The translations under genes were made by a program, and so were the position numbers. Of a stretch of DNA of 64,000 nt, positions 38,926 through 50,098 are shown piece by piece. Below the pieces are notes generated by a model. That model did not search any database, had not been told where the DNA came from, and was given only the letters and a program-made list of their open reading frames with translations. Each line of letters starts with the position of its first letter. Within the stretch, counting starts at the first letter, position 1. Source of the stretch: Anthoceros angustus. Taxonomy: Eukaryota; Plantae; Anthocerotophyta. The stretch is taken from positions 620,001 through 684,000 of the forward strand of contig MU008153.1 in assembly GCA_010909165.1 (NCBI GenBank). Direction: 5' to 3'.

Positions 38926-39662
38926 AAATTATGTTCACTATAATCAACGCAACATTTGAAAATCAACAATTTTTGGGTATCATTGATCGATGTGGGTTAG
39001 TAACACTTCGCGCAAGTTGTGCATGACAACTCAGAAAATCTTGCGCATTATCAACTTGTCATCCGACAGTGTGGCTTTTATTCAAAGAATGGTATACAGT
39101 ACATTTGTGTTGCATCCGCAACTATAGACAGCAGCCTCTGGAAGTACTCAAGCTAGCTCGCAATAATTTTAACCTCTTTGTGCTCCCGGCAACAACAGGA
39201 AGTCGAGCCACCATTTCCCATCTAGCAAATCCATGTGCCAGACTCCAGTCTACCACCACATTACAGGGTAGTCTGGATTCTTTCAATTCCACTGCCCAGA
39301 CTGCAAAGTTCTGAGGACAACTTCACATCATAAGTTCACCACTTCTCCGTCGAGACAGCAACGTCCTGTGGGCGAAGATGGGGAAGCTTGATACCTTGAG
39401 TTGCATGTGGAAAGGAGTGCTGTGCGCACCGTGGTGTGTTCCCGTCGAGCAAGGTCCTCCTACACTCCTTATTTGCACAACTGATGATGAGACTGTAAGT
39501 TGGTAGGAGGGCAACTACTGACCTGTCGTCAAAGTCATCTGGTCCTGTTCCTGACTGCAGAGCCTTCAGAATCGATAGTTTCGGGCTGGAGAAACAACAT
39601 ATTAGCTAGCATCACACTATCTGGATGCTTAGGCCTGGATGAGCCATGCATGGCCTGTTTCC

Positions 39663-42005
39663 TCAGAACGATCCACCTTCACAGAACTCCACATCCAAGC
39701 CAGTGTTAATGACATATAGCACCCCAGTCCAGAAAACTAGGACGAAGACGGACATCCCCTCATAAATGTAGACCGTCCAATGCCATGTGGGCATGCCGTC
39801 TCCCTGGTTGAAACGGGGCACCCCATCAGCATCATACCGCAACAATGACCGTCGCTGCGTAGGCTTGTAATTTCGAGGAGACAGGATGTACATGACAGGA
39901 CACAACATGTGAAGCACAGTGCTGAGCAGGAACATGGACAGGCCAATCAGGAAGAAGCTTTCCCTGCAGTCCAGAAGGCCGTAGTTGCTGAAGGTCTGAA
40001 ACCCCCGCCATAACACCACTGTCACCACAACAGCAGAGTAAAGAAGGTGGAACTTCACATGCCTGAGTTCCCCTAAATACGTGTTGAAGACAGACTGGTT
40101 GCTCTGGCCGCCTGCAGCACGGTCGATATTGCTGGTAGGAACAAAAGTGAAGGTGGAGTTCCAGGAGAAGATGGATTGCAACACCATCCTGAAGAAGAAG
40201 GGAGTCATCCACCAGAAATGGGACTCATCCCGGTTCCTGCTCAGAATGGACTGCGGCACCGGCAACCAGAGCGAGATCCATTGCAGCCGCCATACCACAA
40301 GAGTCACAGCAAGGTATGAAATCAAGCGCCGGTTGTCATCAGCATCGCCCACTGTGAGGTTGAGGTGGAAAGCTAGGGTGCTCAAGAGCACTCCCATGAG
40401 AGTCATGTTCACGATGGAGACAAAATAGTACCCAGTCTGCCAGACAAAGAGCAGCTTCATCACCAGGTTGAGGTTGCTGTTCCATCCCAGCATGGTCTTC
40501 CACGTTGCTACAAACTGCTGGATGGCTCCCAAACCCCATCGCTGCCTCTGCTTGATGTAGCCCTCGAATGTCCAGGGGGTGAGCCCGATCTGGAGCTTCT
40601 CGTTGAGGTAGACAGACTTGAAACCTTGGTTGAACAGAGCGAATGCAGTCATGGTATCCTCCGTAATGGACTGAGGCTGGAATCCCCCAATCACATTCAG
40701 ATGCTTCCTCCGGAACACAGCCCCCGTGCCTATGCAGTTTGCGGTTCCCAAACTGTCCCTGTGCACCAGAACTCTCTCGTACCCCATCATGCACGAGTCG
40801 TTGAGAGGATCCCCTGGAGGCAAGTTGTAGAAGGATTGCGGCACCTGGACAAAGGAGACCTGCGGAGAGTCGATGATGTGAGGCATGAGCCGGCGCAGAA
40901 AGGTCGGGTGCAGAATCATGTCGGCGTCCATCATCACCACGTACTCCGCATTGGAATGCTCCAGCCCGAAGTTGAGATTCCCGCACTTGAAGTTGTGCGG
41001 TACTCCTGGTACCTGCAACATTCAATTGAACCAGTCTGAGAATACATTGATTCCATCACAGCACACGGCAATCAACATCACTTTCGCTTCTTTCCTTCTG
41101 CGTAGATCTCTAACGGCAGCTGGGCAGCAGCAATTCCTCCACCCCATCAACAACTGTCATCCTTTGTTTGCGAATCCGGCAGGACAGCTCAAACTTTTGC
41201 AGGACAACTCAAACTTTTGCAGGACCCTGACAGTGCTTCATGAAGCCTTCAAGCACCTATCATTCTCAGCAAAAGACAAAGATCCTGGAGATGGGCAGTC
41301 GAGATTCAAGCATTCACTATCGCCCACAAAAGCCAGAATTCATGGAGCAGGACGAACAGTGTATACCTTCTTCCTTCGGAGATACGCAACCTGGCCTCCG
41401 GTCTCCACTTGCAAGGCCTCACAGAAAGCTCTGAGCTCGTCATCAACGCCGTCGTCAAGCACAAGCACTTTGAGGCGGTCCTTGGGATAATGCATGGCCA
41501 GGGCGGCTCGGATGCTCTCCTTGGGGACATCCGTGGGCTCGTTACAGCAAGGCAGCAGAACGTGCACGGTCGGGTAGCTCTTCCCCTTCAACGAGAGCTC
41601 GGGGCGAAAGCTCGGGGGAAGGAGATGATCCACAGCCGCGCACACCAGGGTGGTGAAGTAAACAAACTCGCAGCAGACTAACAGCAGGAGCCAAGGCGCC
41701 TTCACGGCCTGATCCCACTCTCTGGAATACAATCCCACCTTGAACGCCAGGTAGTTGGAGTTGGCAGCAATCTGGGCCACCATGAGGAAGCTGGTGAAAA
41801 TGTACATCACAACCTTCCGCTGGTACGTGTTCCGATCCGCGCCTGCCTTCCAGTTCGGCAACGACCCATTGCCGAGCTTGGATCCGTCCTTGTCCGTCCC
41901 CGCGGAATACAGCAAGAACTCGGAGTCTTGGTCTTCCTCCTCTTCCTCCCATTTGGTGTCCTTCTCCCCTGGGCCGTGCCTCAGGGCCAGCTGCGCCAAC
42001 CGCAT
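39663..42005 (-). CDS. Processive GT2 glycan synthase, AGlcS/fungal Tft1/BcsA-like; 2 exons (42005-41367, 41012-39663), 662 aa
   Basis: Motifs PCCNEP, VLDDG, FKCGNLN, MDAD (DxD), QVPQSFYN, GTGAVFRR, ITED and QRQRW (QxxRW), with multiple TM helices. It lacks the plant CESA zinc finger, P-CR and CSR. Intron 41366-41013. Confidence 0.88.
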
Positions 42006-42366
42006 CTTGCTCGTCTCTCTCAATCCCAATAAATCACGCTGCAATGCGCAGCAGATAGCAAGCTGCAAATGCGCAGCAGATACAGATACAGAAGGTCTCG
42101 CTCGCACTCAGCAGTCTACCACACCGAGCCTCCAAACTAGCCGGATCGTATTCACAACCACGGATCCAGATTTGTGATCAAGAAGCAGGGTCTTCTCAAG
42201 TTCTCACACACCGATCCTCGGATCCACAGCCCACAAAAATGAATTCGATTCCCTACCGCCTCATCTCTACAGCAGATCCCGGATCAATAACACCGAACGA
42301 AGCCGCAATGCTGTGCATTCAGAGCTTGGTGCGGATGCATCAATGCAATGCACTCACGAGATGGAC

Positions 42367-42450
42367 TCTACCTTTCAGGCTATCACCTAGCGCAACAGCC
42401 AAACTTGCTACTTTCAGGCTATCACCTAGCGCAACAGCCAAACTTGCTAC
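42367..42450. repeat. 42-bp direct repeat x2, followed by (GATA)n and (TCTTCC)n tracts upstream of the GT2 gene
   Basis: CTTTCAGGCTATCACCTAGCGCAACAGCCAAACTTGCTAC occurs twice. Confidence 0.9.
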
Positions 42451-45057
42451 ATAGATACATCAGCTATGAAGAATGATAGATAGATAGATGGATAGATTGC
42501 AACGTCCTGCGAGGACAAGAAGAACGGCAGCCCAACCCACAATGCGATTTCGCTGGCTGGCCTCCTTTCCTTCCTCTTCCTCTTCCTCTTCCTCTTCCCC
42601 TTCCTCTTCCTCCACTACTTCTCCTTCTCTTCCCCCTCCCGCTCCCGCTCCCGCTCGAGAGCTCGAGAGCTCGAGAAGGCGAGCTCTCCGCGTTCAGACC
42701 CCGCTTTGTGTGCGCCTGGGCTGGCCGATCTGGTGGTCAGCGTGATAGGCGCTCGGCAAGCTGTACTGTAGCCAGTCCAGCCAGGCTTGCACGGCGCCCG
42801 GCTCTGCCCGCAGTCGGCTTTCTCGGCGTCGAGGCCGTGTTTTGCCGATGCCAGCTTGTCTGGCTGAGGATGGCCGTTGTTTCTGGAGTCAACTGTGTAC
42901 TGTTCCGTGTAAGATGTTATTCAATTCACTCCCCTCGAGAAAGGAAAAAGAAAATCTTGACAGCTTGAATCACAGGCTGCAGTCTGCAGCCACACTGGCA
43001 GCCCCATGCCCCGATTAGCTGTATGCTGGGAGATACTCCTGTAATGCAAGCTTTGAAAGGGGCGGCATATAATACGAGCGTTTTTGAAGCTTTCAGCAAC
43101 TTACCAAAACAGAATAGTATGGTATAGTCGGTGCCCACGTCTGCTCCTACGTGTATCAACCCCCTGAAAGGCGACAATGTGGCCTAGCAAAACGGGGGAC
43201 TTGCTCTTGGTCGACATGCTTGCCCTTCAGCTAACCTAGGCGAACAGCCCCGATTGCTTTACTCCTCTGCTGTATCGAGGCATCGAGCCGTGGACATTTG
43301 CTGAATCGGCTCAATTAGTGAACTTGGAATCCAAGCAAAAAACATTTGCACATGGTAACAGTAAAAGGAGATTTTGAGGGAATTGGGAGTACACTATCCC
43401 TCCTTATCTCACCATGAAATGTAGGCCGTGTGTGTACCGTCCCTTATCTGTCGGTGAAGTACGCGATTATTCACACATGTGGACGAGGCGGGATTCCCAG
43501 ATTCCGGATGTCAGGCTGTATGTAGCCTGCTGGGGCTTGTTGCTGCTGCCTCTTCTGCATATGATATGTATCGCAGTATCTACATCGGGTAAATGGTGTG
43601 GTGTTGTCTGTGAAAATCTATTTGGCAAACCGGCATAAGCTTCTAGCAAGAGCCCGGGTGTCAGCCTCCCCGCATTTGCAATTTGCATAGCGTTGCTAAT
43701 GCAATAAAACGTGGTATGAGCCAACTGTTCTCCTATTCGCCGGCAGGGATTCCGGAAACCTGTATAGAAACGCACAGGAATGGGCCACCACACACATACT
43801 AATACGAGTGCGATGCCTGGTAGAGGCACGCCACAAAGCCCACCGAACACATGAAACGAACTGGTCCGTCAACATTGCCAGACTGCTGGATGTGAGCCGA
43901 AATAGCAAGTTGCGGAAAAGCGCCAATGGGACTGGGAAATTTGGAAGGTAGCACCTGAGAAATGACCGCTCACCTCTTGACCTGACCTGGGACGTGACCA
44001 GCTGTCGGAAGAAGACGCTGATGGCGGGCATAGGCTTGACGATGTTGATACCTTCGCCGACGGGAAGGTGGGTTCGAACATGGGCATAGCTGGCCCATCT
44101 CAGTCTACCACGAGACTGGATACGACAGGTGTGGGGCTGGCTCTCCACTGTGCTCGAGCTGGCCTCAATCGCAAAAGCAAAGCTCGCATCGGCATGGTAT
44201 CAACAGGAGGGCCCCTCCCGACTCCATCATAGATCTCTCTGGCAAGCACACACCGACTATGTTAGAGACCCCCGGGCCTGGCCACCCTGGACATGGTCTG
44301 TACTTCTAACTGGTTTACGAAATGCAAACTAAAGTAGCAAGAGTGGCGCCAGGTGCACCTGTATGTGCTTCCGTGCTCGTCTGGGCAACAGCTTTCCATG
44401 GCTGGCACCTCACTTCAGAAGTGACTGCAGGTGGAGAAGCGACGAGGCCTACGGTCCCCTCGGGTCACTGGATCACATGGCAGGCGTTACCGAAAGCACC
44501 CCCCGTGCGAGATACTTCGGTTCCGATGGGTAACACCTGCACGAGTCTCCACCTCCATGGCTCTCCTATATGATATAATAACATATAATGTAGTTTCTGA
44601 CTCTGATTGGGTGTCCCCACACGTTTGCTTCACAGGAAGTTCCCCACAGTAGGTCACCATGGGCATGGCATTTCCCTGGGGTCGACACTGGGAAAAAGCG
44701 CCATAGTTTCTGGAACTCATAGTTTGGGTGTCCCCACATGTTGCTTTGCAGGAAGTTCCCCAGAGGAGCTCGCCATGGGCATGTCATTTCCCTGTGTGTG
44801 AACGCTGTGAAAAAGCGCCTGCCAAAAACACGAGGAGGAAGCACTTGGTTGACAACAAGAGAGGGCAGACACACTGAATCACCATCTCTCTCTATGGCTG
44901 ACCTTCCTTTCCAGAACAGAGCACATGACGATACCCTTCCCATCGCACTCGGGCAGAAGTTTGCTAGGACAGTCACCTTTAATTGCGAGCTTTATTGATC
45001 AGCCACTGGTTCCACCGGGCTCCAGAGGGCTTTGACAGCCATGGCTTCCACCGGGCT

Positions 45058-47265
45058 CTAGAGGGCTTTGAGTGTTTTCTTGTACTCCTGAAATGTACCG
45101 TGGAATGCTGTTGCTTTACCTTCAGAGATTACCCAGAGTTCATCCACACTGCCAGAGATAAGATGCTCATCGTGACTGATCATCAGCACCCCTCCCTGAA
45201 AGAGATTGAGCCCCGCAATGAGCGCCTCCACGGCATCCAAGTCCAAGTGATTGGACGGCTCGTCGAGAAGAAGGATGTGTGGCTTGTTGAAGGTGATTTT
45301 GGCGAAGGCAACACGACTTTTCTGGCCACCAGAGAGGGTGTACATGGGCTGGAGGGCCAGGTTACCTGAGATACCGAATGAGCCCAAGTGGGAACGAAGC
45401 TTTTGCTCCACAGATCCGGGGAAGCAACTTGCCATGTAGAGCAAAGGGGTGGAAGACAGGTCGAGTCCGTCCACGTGATGCTGGCTGAAGACCGCCATTC
45501 TCACCTTGGCCGACCTGAAAACAGTACCTGAAATTGGCTCCAGCTCGCCGGAGATGAGCTTCAACAGAGTGGACTTCCCAATGCCGTTAGGACCGACCAT
45601 GGCCAGACGGCTGTCCAGGTCCAAACCGAAGTTGAGGTCCTTGAAGAGAACAGGACCGCCTGGATATGCGAAAGAGGCATCACTGAAGCTGATGATAGGA
45701 GCACTAGGCTTGTCATCTGGTGTCGGGAACTCGAACTTGTAGTCCGGATCATTCACCACAGCGTCCACATGCCCGATCCTCTCCAGCGCCTTAATCCTGG
45801 ACTGAACCAGGGCTGCCCGCTTAGCATTGTACCGGAACTTGTCCACGAACGCCTGAATGTGAGCCCGGGTGCGCTCATTGGCTTCGTGCGCCTTCTGCTG
45901 ATTCCGCAGACGCTCATCCCTGGTGCGCTCAAATGTGTCATAGTCCCCCTTGTACGTCACCAGCTTCTGCTGATGAAGATGCAGAATATCCGTCACCACA
46001 GAATTCAGAAACTCTCTCGCATGAGACACCACAATCAGAGTCTTTGGCCACTTCACCAAATAAGTCTCCAGCCACAACACGGCGTGCAAGTCCAGGTGAT
46101 TGGTCGGCTCATCGAGAAGAAGCAAATCCGGCTCCACAAACAAAGCCCGGGCCAGAGCCACCCGCATCCTCCACCCTCCGGAGAATGTCCTGGTCGACCT
46201 AGCCTGCATCCCCGCATCAAAACTCAAACCGGCAAGAATGGATGCCGCACGCGCCTCCGCCGAGTAAGCATCGATAAGCTCCAACCTCTTGTAGATCTGC
46301 TCCAATCTGGCCGACACAGCGTCCTTCTCCTTCTCTTCCTCCTTTCCCTCCTCCCCGTTGGCCAGATCCGCCGCCTTCTGCCGCGGCTCCGCCCCGCTCC
46401 CAGTCTCCCTCTGCTGCGCTACCAGCCTAGCCTCCTCCTCCAGCAGCTGCGTCCTCTCGATATCCGAGCTCAACACGCACTGCAACACCGTTGTGTCATC
46501 TCCTACCACCTCCTGCTCCACATGCAAGATCTGGCAGTTCTTCGGGATCCCGTCGATCGCATGCTGCGCCATATGCTTCAAGAAGGTGGTCTTCCCGGTC
46601 CCGTTCCTCCCGACTAGGCCATACCGCCGGCCGTATGCCAGCGTCACGGTGCCCTCGTTGATTAGCTCCTTCCCTCCCATGGAGATGGTAAAATTCTCCA
46701 ACCTAATGTCCTTCGGCACGCTTCCCTCCCCGACTCCGCCATGATTCACCAGCACCGCCGGCATCCCTACCACCGCCGCCTCCGCCGCTGCCAGATGCGC
46801 CTGGTAATCTGCCTGCCGCTGCCGCTCCTCCTTCCGCCTCCTCCTTTCAAGCTTCAGCCGCTCCCGCTCCGACACCTGCGGCGTCCCGGCCCCCTGCTCC
46901 GGCCTGCCTGCCAATCCGCTCTCCCGCATCCCGTCCGACATCCGCACAGGCGCAGCCAGGCTGCGGTAACCTCCCCTGGCGGCGCCATTCCTGCCTGCGA
47001 ATTTCTGCGACCATGTCGCACAGACTTCCCTCGCCTCTGCATCATCCTGCACGCACTCTGCAGCCACCAGCAGCGGCCCCAGCGCTTCCAGCGCCAATTC
47101 TCCTTCCCATCCGAAGTCGAACGCCTCGTCCTGAAGCACCCGGATGATGTAGTCGATGATGATCTCGTCCACCTGCTCCGCTTTCTTCCCCAGCACCTCG
47201 TACACGCCTTTCTCCACCATCTCGTCCCGCAGCGGAGCTGCCGAACTCGGCATTGGAACCGGCAT
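45058..47265 (-). CDS. ABCF3: ABC-F subfamily ATPase ABCF3/GCN20, intronless
   Basis: N-terminal VYEVLG...VDEIIIDYII.VLQDE.FDFG; two ABC cassettes (GRNGTGKTT, FSGGWRMR, LLLDEPTNHLD; GPNGIGKST, LSGGQKSR, LLLDEPSNHLD); no TM segments. First ATG at 47265. Confidence 0.95.
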   Translation of the reverse strand: MPVPMPSSAAPLRDEMVEKGVYEVLGKKAEQVDEIIIDYIIRVLQDEAFDFGWEGELALEALGPLLVAAECVQDDAEAREVCATWSQKFAGRNGAARGGYRSLAAPVRMSDGMRESGLAGRPEQGAGTPQVSERERLKLERRRRKEERQRQADYQAHLAAAEAAVVGMPAVLVNHGGVGEGSVPKDIRLENFTISMGGKELINEGTVTLAYGRRYGLVGRNGTGKTTFLKHMAQHAIDGIPKNCQILHVEQEVVGDDTTVLQCVLSSDIERTQLLEEEARLVAQQRETGSGAEPRQKAADLANGEEGKEEEKEKDAVSARLEQIYKRLELIDAYSAEARAASILAGLSFDAGMQARSTRTFSGGWRMRVALARALFVEPDLLLLDEPTNHLDLHAVLWLETYLVKWPKTLIVVSHAREFLNSVVTDILHLHQQKLVTYKGDYDTFERTRDERLRNQQKAHEANERTRAHIQAFVDKFRYNAKRAALVQSRIKALERIGHVDAVVNDPDYKFEFPTPDDKPSAPIISFSDASFAYPGGPVLFKDLNFGLDLDSRLAMVGPNGIGKSTLLKLISGELEPISGTVFRSAKVRMAVFSQHHVDGLDLSSTPLLYMASCFPGSVEQKLRSHLGSFGISGNLALQPMYTLSGGQKSRVAFAKITFNKPHILLLDEPSNHLDLDAVEALIAGLNLFQGGVLMISHDEHLISGSVDELWVISEGKATAFHGTFQEYKKTLKAL

Positions 47266-47469
47266 GGCTGCTCCCCTCAGTGATCCGATCGCTCGAATGC
47301 AGCCTTCTGTCACGCACACACAGCGCGCCTTCACGCTCCAACAATCTTCCCTAGGGCTGGAACGTCAGGTGACCGGCTACAGCGAAGATGACCGGCCGTA
47401 CAATATGTGGCCGGTTACTGGTTAAAGAATGTTATTTACATACATCTGTAGGTTTGCGGGTAACATTTT

Positions 47470-49451
47470 TTATGACAATCTGTACATGTCTGTTGGTCGA
47501 ACAAGAGAGCGAGTTTCAGGGTGCGTTGGAATCTGGGAAGTCCCAAGCCAAGCGAACAACGCCCTGCCCCTGTACAAGAACTGGGCAGCACAGACGGATT
47601 TTCAAGTAAGGGAACAGTTGTCTTGCTTGTGCAGGAGAGGCTTTCAGTCAGTGGAAGGAGAGCTAGTTTAAAAACTCACAGCATGATCCTTGTCGATGTT
47701 CTGGTGTCTCTGGATCACAGCCACCACGTCAACAGTGATAGTGCCATTCTGCCAACAGGAGTACAGATGAGTAAGGTTGCACAGAACTGGTAAGCAGTAT
47801 GAGATGACGTGATGTGAGGGAAGACATACCGGGCAAAGCAATGGTTCTAGGCTAATGCAGCACGTGGGAGTGGAGGATGGAGAATCGGTTCTGTCTGGAG
47901 GAGTGTCGAGGATGTGGTCGGCATCGGCACATTCGATGACATGGAGACTTTCTCCACCTACAAGGGCTCCAAGAACGGCTTTCCTCACCTGCCGCATGAG
48001 ATGGTTGGAAAATGGCTTCAGCACCCTCTGCTGGAAGGAAAATGGCTTCAGCACCCTTTCTGAGCCTTCTTTTGGTCTTGAATGGTGCTTACCTGGAAAG
48101 GCATGGCTGATACGTAGGCTTCTTCTATGCAGAAGTTCTGAGAGAGTGTGTGCTGGACCTGAACTTCCTCAGCCATCATCTGCAGCGAGGTGAAGAAGAG
48201 TGAGCTTCAGTTTTCCCGGTTGGATGTTGCAGCAAATATTGCACATGGGTACAGTAGAGAGAAGCACACTACCTCGTCGGGATCAGAGTTGGCAAAGTCC
48301 TGGTGCTCGCGGTGGCTCTTCTCAGCCAGCCCAGCAATAGCTTCCATCTGCAGTCAAGTATTTGAGACCCTGGATGAGGCTCGATAGGATGGATCACCAT
48401 GAAGGAGCTCATATTTGACATGCTGGACAGAGAAACAACATGAATCTTGTGGCGGAAGTGAACAGACTTACGAGATAACCGAACAGCAGGCCAGTGTTGT
48501 GATTTGAGCATGCAATGGCCATGATGTCTCTGCATAATCAAAATAACCTTAGAATTTCTGAGGTCGTAAAGCAGCCAAACAAGAACTTGGTAGTGAGAGG
48601 CCCTTCAACTCTGACATGCCTGAGGACTTTGGGATCTGAAGAACGTCGCCATAGTAGCTGGTCGACGGCCTTGGATGTTAAGGACTGCACATTGCCGAAC
48701 ATACATGACCATTAGGCTAATCGGCACATGGGCAAGCACGAGAACGAGCAGTAGCTACTAGCAAACATGAAGACAGCACCATCAGCTGTCCTTTCCTTTA
48801 CCAGAAGAAATGCTTGTTGCTCCAAAGTGAGACGCGGATTTATGAAGACCTGAGAGTGGAATCAGATAAAAAGCATTCTCGTGAATCATGTGCTCATGGA
48901 TGAAGCAAGAAACAGCTTATGCTGCAACCAATTGCGTATGTTGCAAGGACAACAGCTAGGTGAAAGCTCCCCGTACCATGAAATTCCAGAGTCTGCACAT
49001 CACCCAGTGTCCAGAGGTCGCGATATGCACACAATCAGCTGAACTGTTAGGACAACTGTAGTTCCACAGGGTTCCCAAACAATCTCCGACTCCCAGAATG
49101 TGAAAGCAGCAGAGACTAACCTCCGCACGACAAATCGCACACTCCATTGCTTGAACACGCCAGAGACCCTGACGATCTGAGAATACCCAGAACAGGACGA
49201 TGTCAGATGCGTGCAGTCTTTCACTCATTGATGGTATGGAACACGGAAGGAACCCACAAAGGAAGACATACCTCGTCATACACGGTGAACAAGGCAAATT
49301 CTACGACACCAAGCACTGGTTCTGCAAACAGGTTGCCTGTTAGCCGAATACATGAGCAATCCTCTCGCAATTCAGCCCGATCCTCAGAGTCTGGATGGCT
49401 TTCCGAGAGCGAATTATTGCGGGATCGGAAGATCAAGAAGTCTGGGGCCAT
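47470..49451 (-). CDS. Unknown 328-aa protein, 11 exons, with a C-terminal degenerate U-box/NleG-like segment
   Basis: Manually spliced exons 49451-49272, 49176-49121, 49055-48977, 48849-48802, 48684-48620, 48529-48472, 48347-48273, 48179-48093, 47988-47830, 47748-47680 and 47580-47470. All phases are consistent, with nine GT-AG introns and one GC-AG intron of 65-127 nt and no internal stop. Confidence 0.75.
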
Positions 49452-50098
49452 TTCTGGCCCCCGACAATGCTAAGACAGCCTTTATTCACAAATGCAGGTC
49501 AGTTGCTGTCATTGGCTGTAATGCTGCATTTGCTGTTATTGGTTGTAACAGAATGCCAGGCTCTTGGACTTCTCTAAATTTAGGAGACGTCCAATGCTCT
49601 GATTGGAGGCTTTCTAAAGACACGACACCGATCACTCATAATCCAGCCTATCAAGCTGCGTAATATAATGGTGGGTTGTAGCCTTTGCAGTGTGGCCAAT
49701 GGCGTTCGAAGATGTGCAGGAATATCTCTGGACAATATAGCTATGGACGTGTATCACTGGAAAGCCTAGCCATGCCAGTCTATCTCTGGAAGGCATAGCC
49801 ACGAAAGTCTCTGGAACATGGCAACGGAGGTCTATCTCTGGAAAACATAGCTATGCACTGGCCTGGGCTTCCCTGATTCGCAATCACATATGAATGAACG
49901 TTGACTACTTGGTTCAATCACACAACTACGGAAAACATAGCTGTGGAAGACCCAATGAACTACTTATTTCAATCACACCTATGGAAGATATCCACCCGTA
50001 TGAATCTTCTCTTTCTGTTTGTACTGGAGCAAGGAACTGCGCAGGCAACTGTCTGGAAGAAACATTTTCTGTTCTGAGGATCTGAAAGCATTTCTCTG

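Noticed and set aside
29900-39000. Single bounded transposon (MULE/Helitron) explaining the mosaic
   Set aside because: I found no terminal inverted repeats, TSD or Helitron hairpin-CTAG end by eye, so it is kept only as a hypothesis.
45769-47283. Long plus-strand ORFs opposite ABCF3 (and similar ones opposite the RLK, trihelix, URB2 and GT2 exons)
   Set aside because: They are antisense shadows of GC-rich coding sequence.
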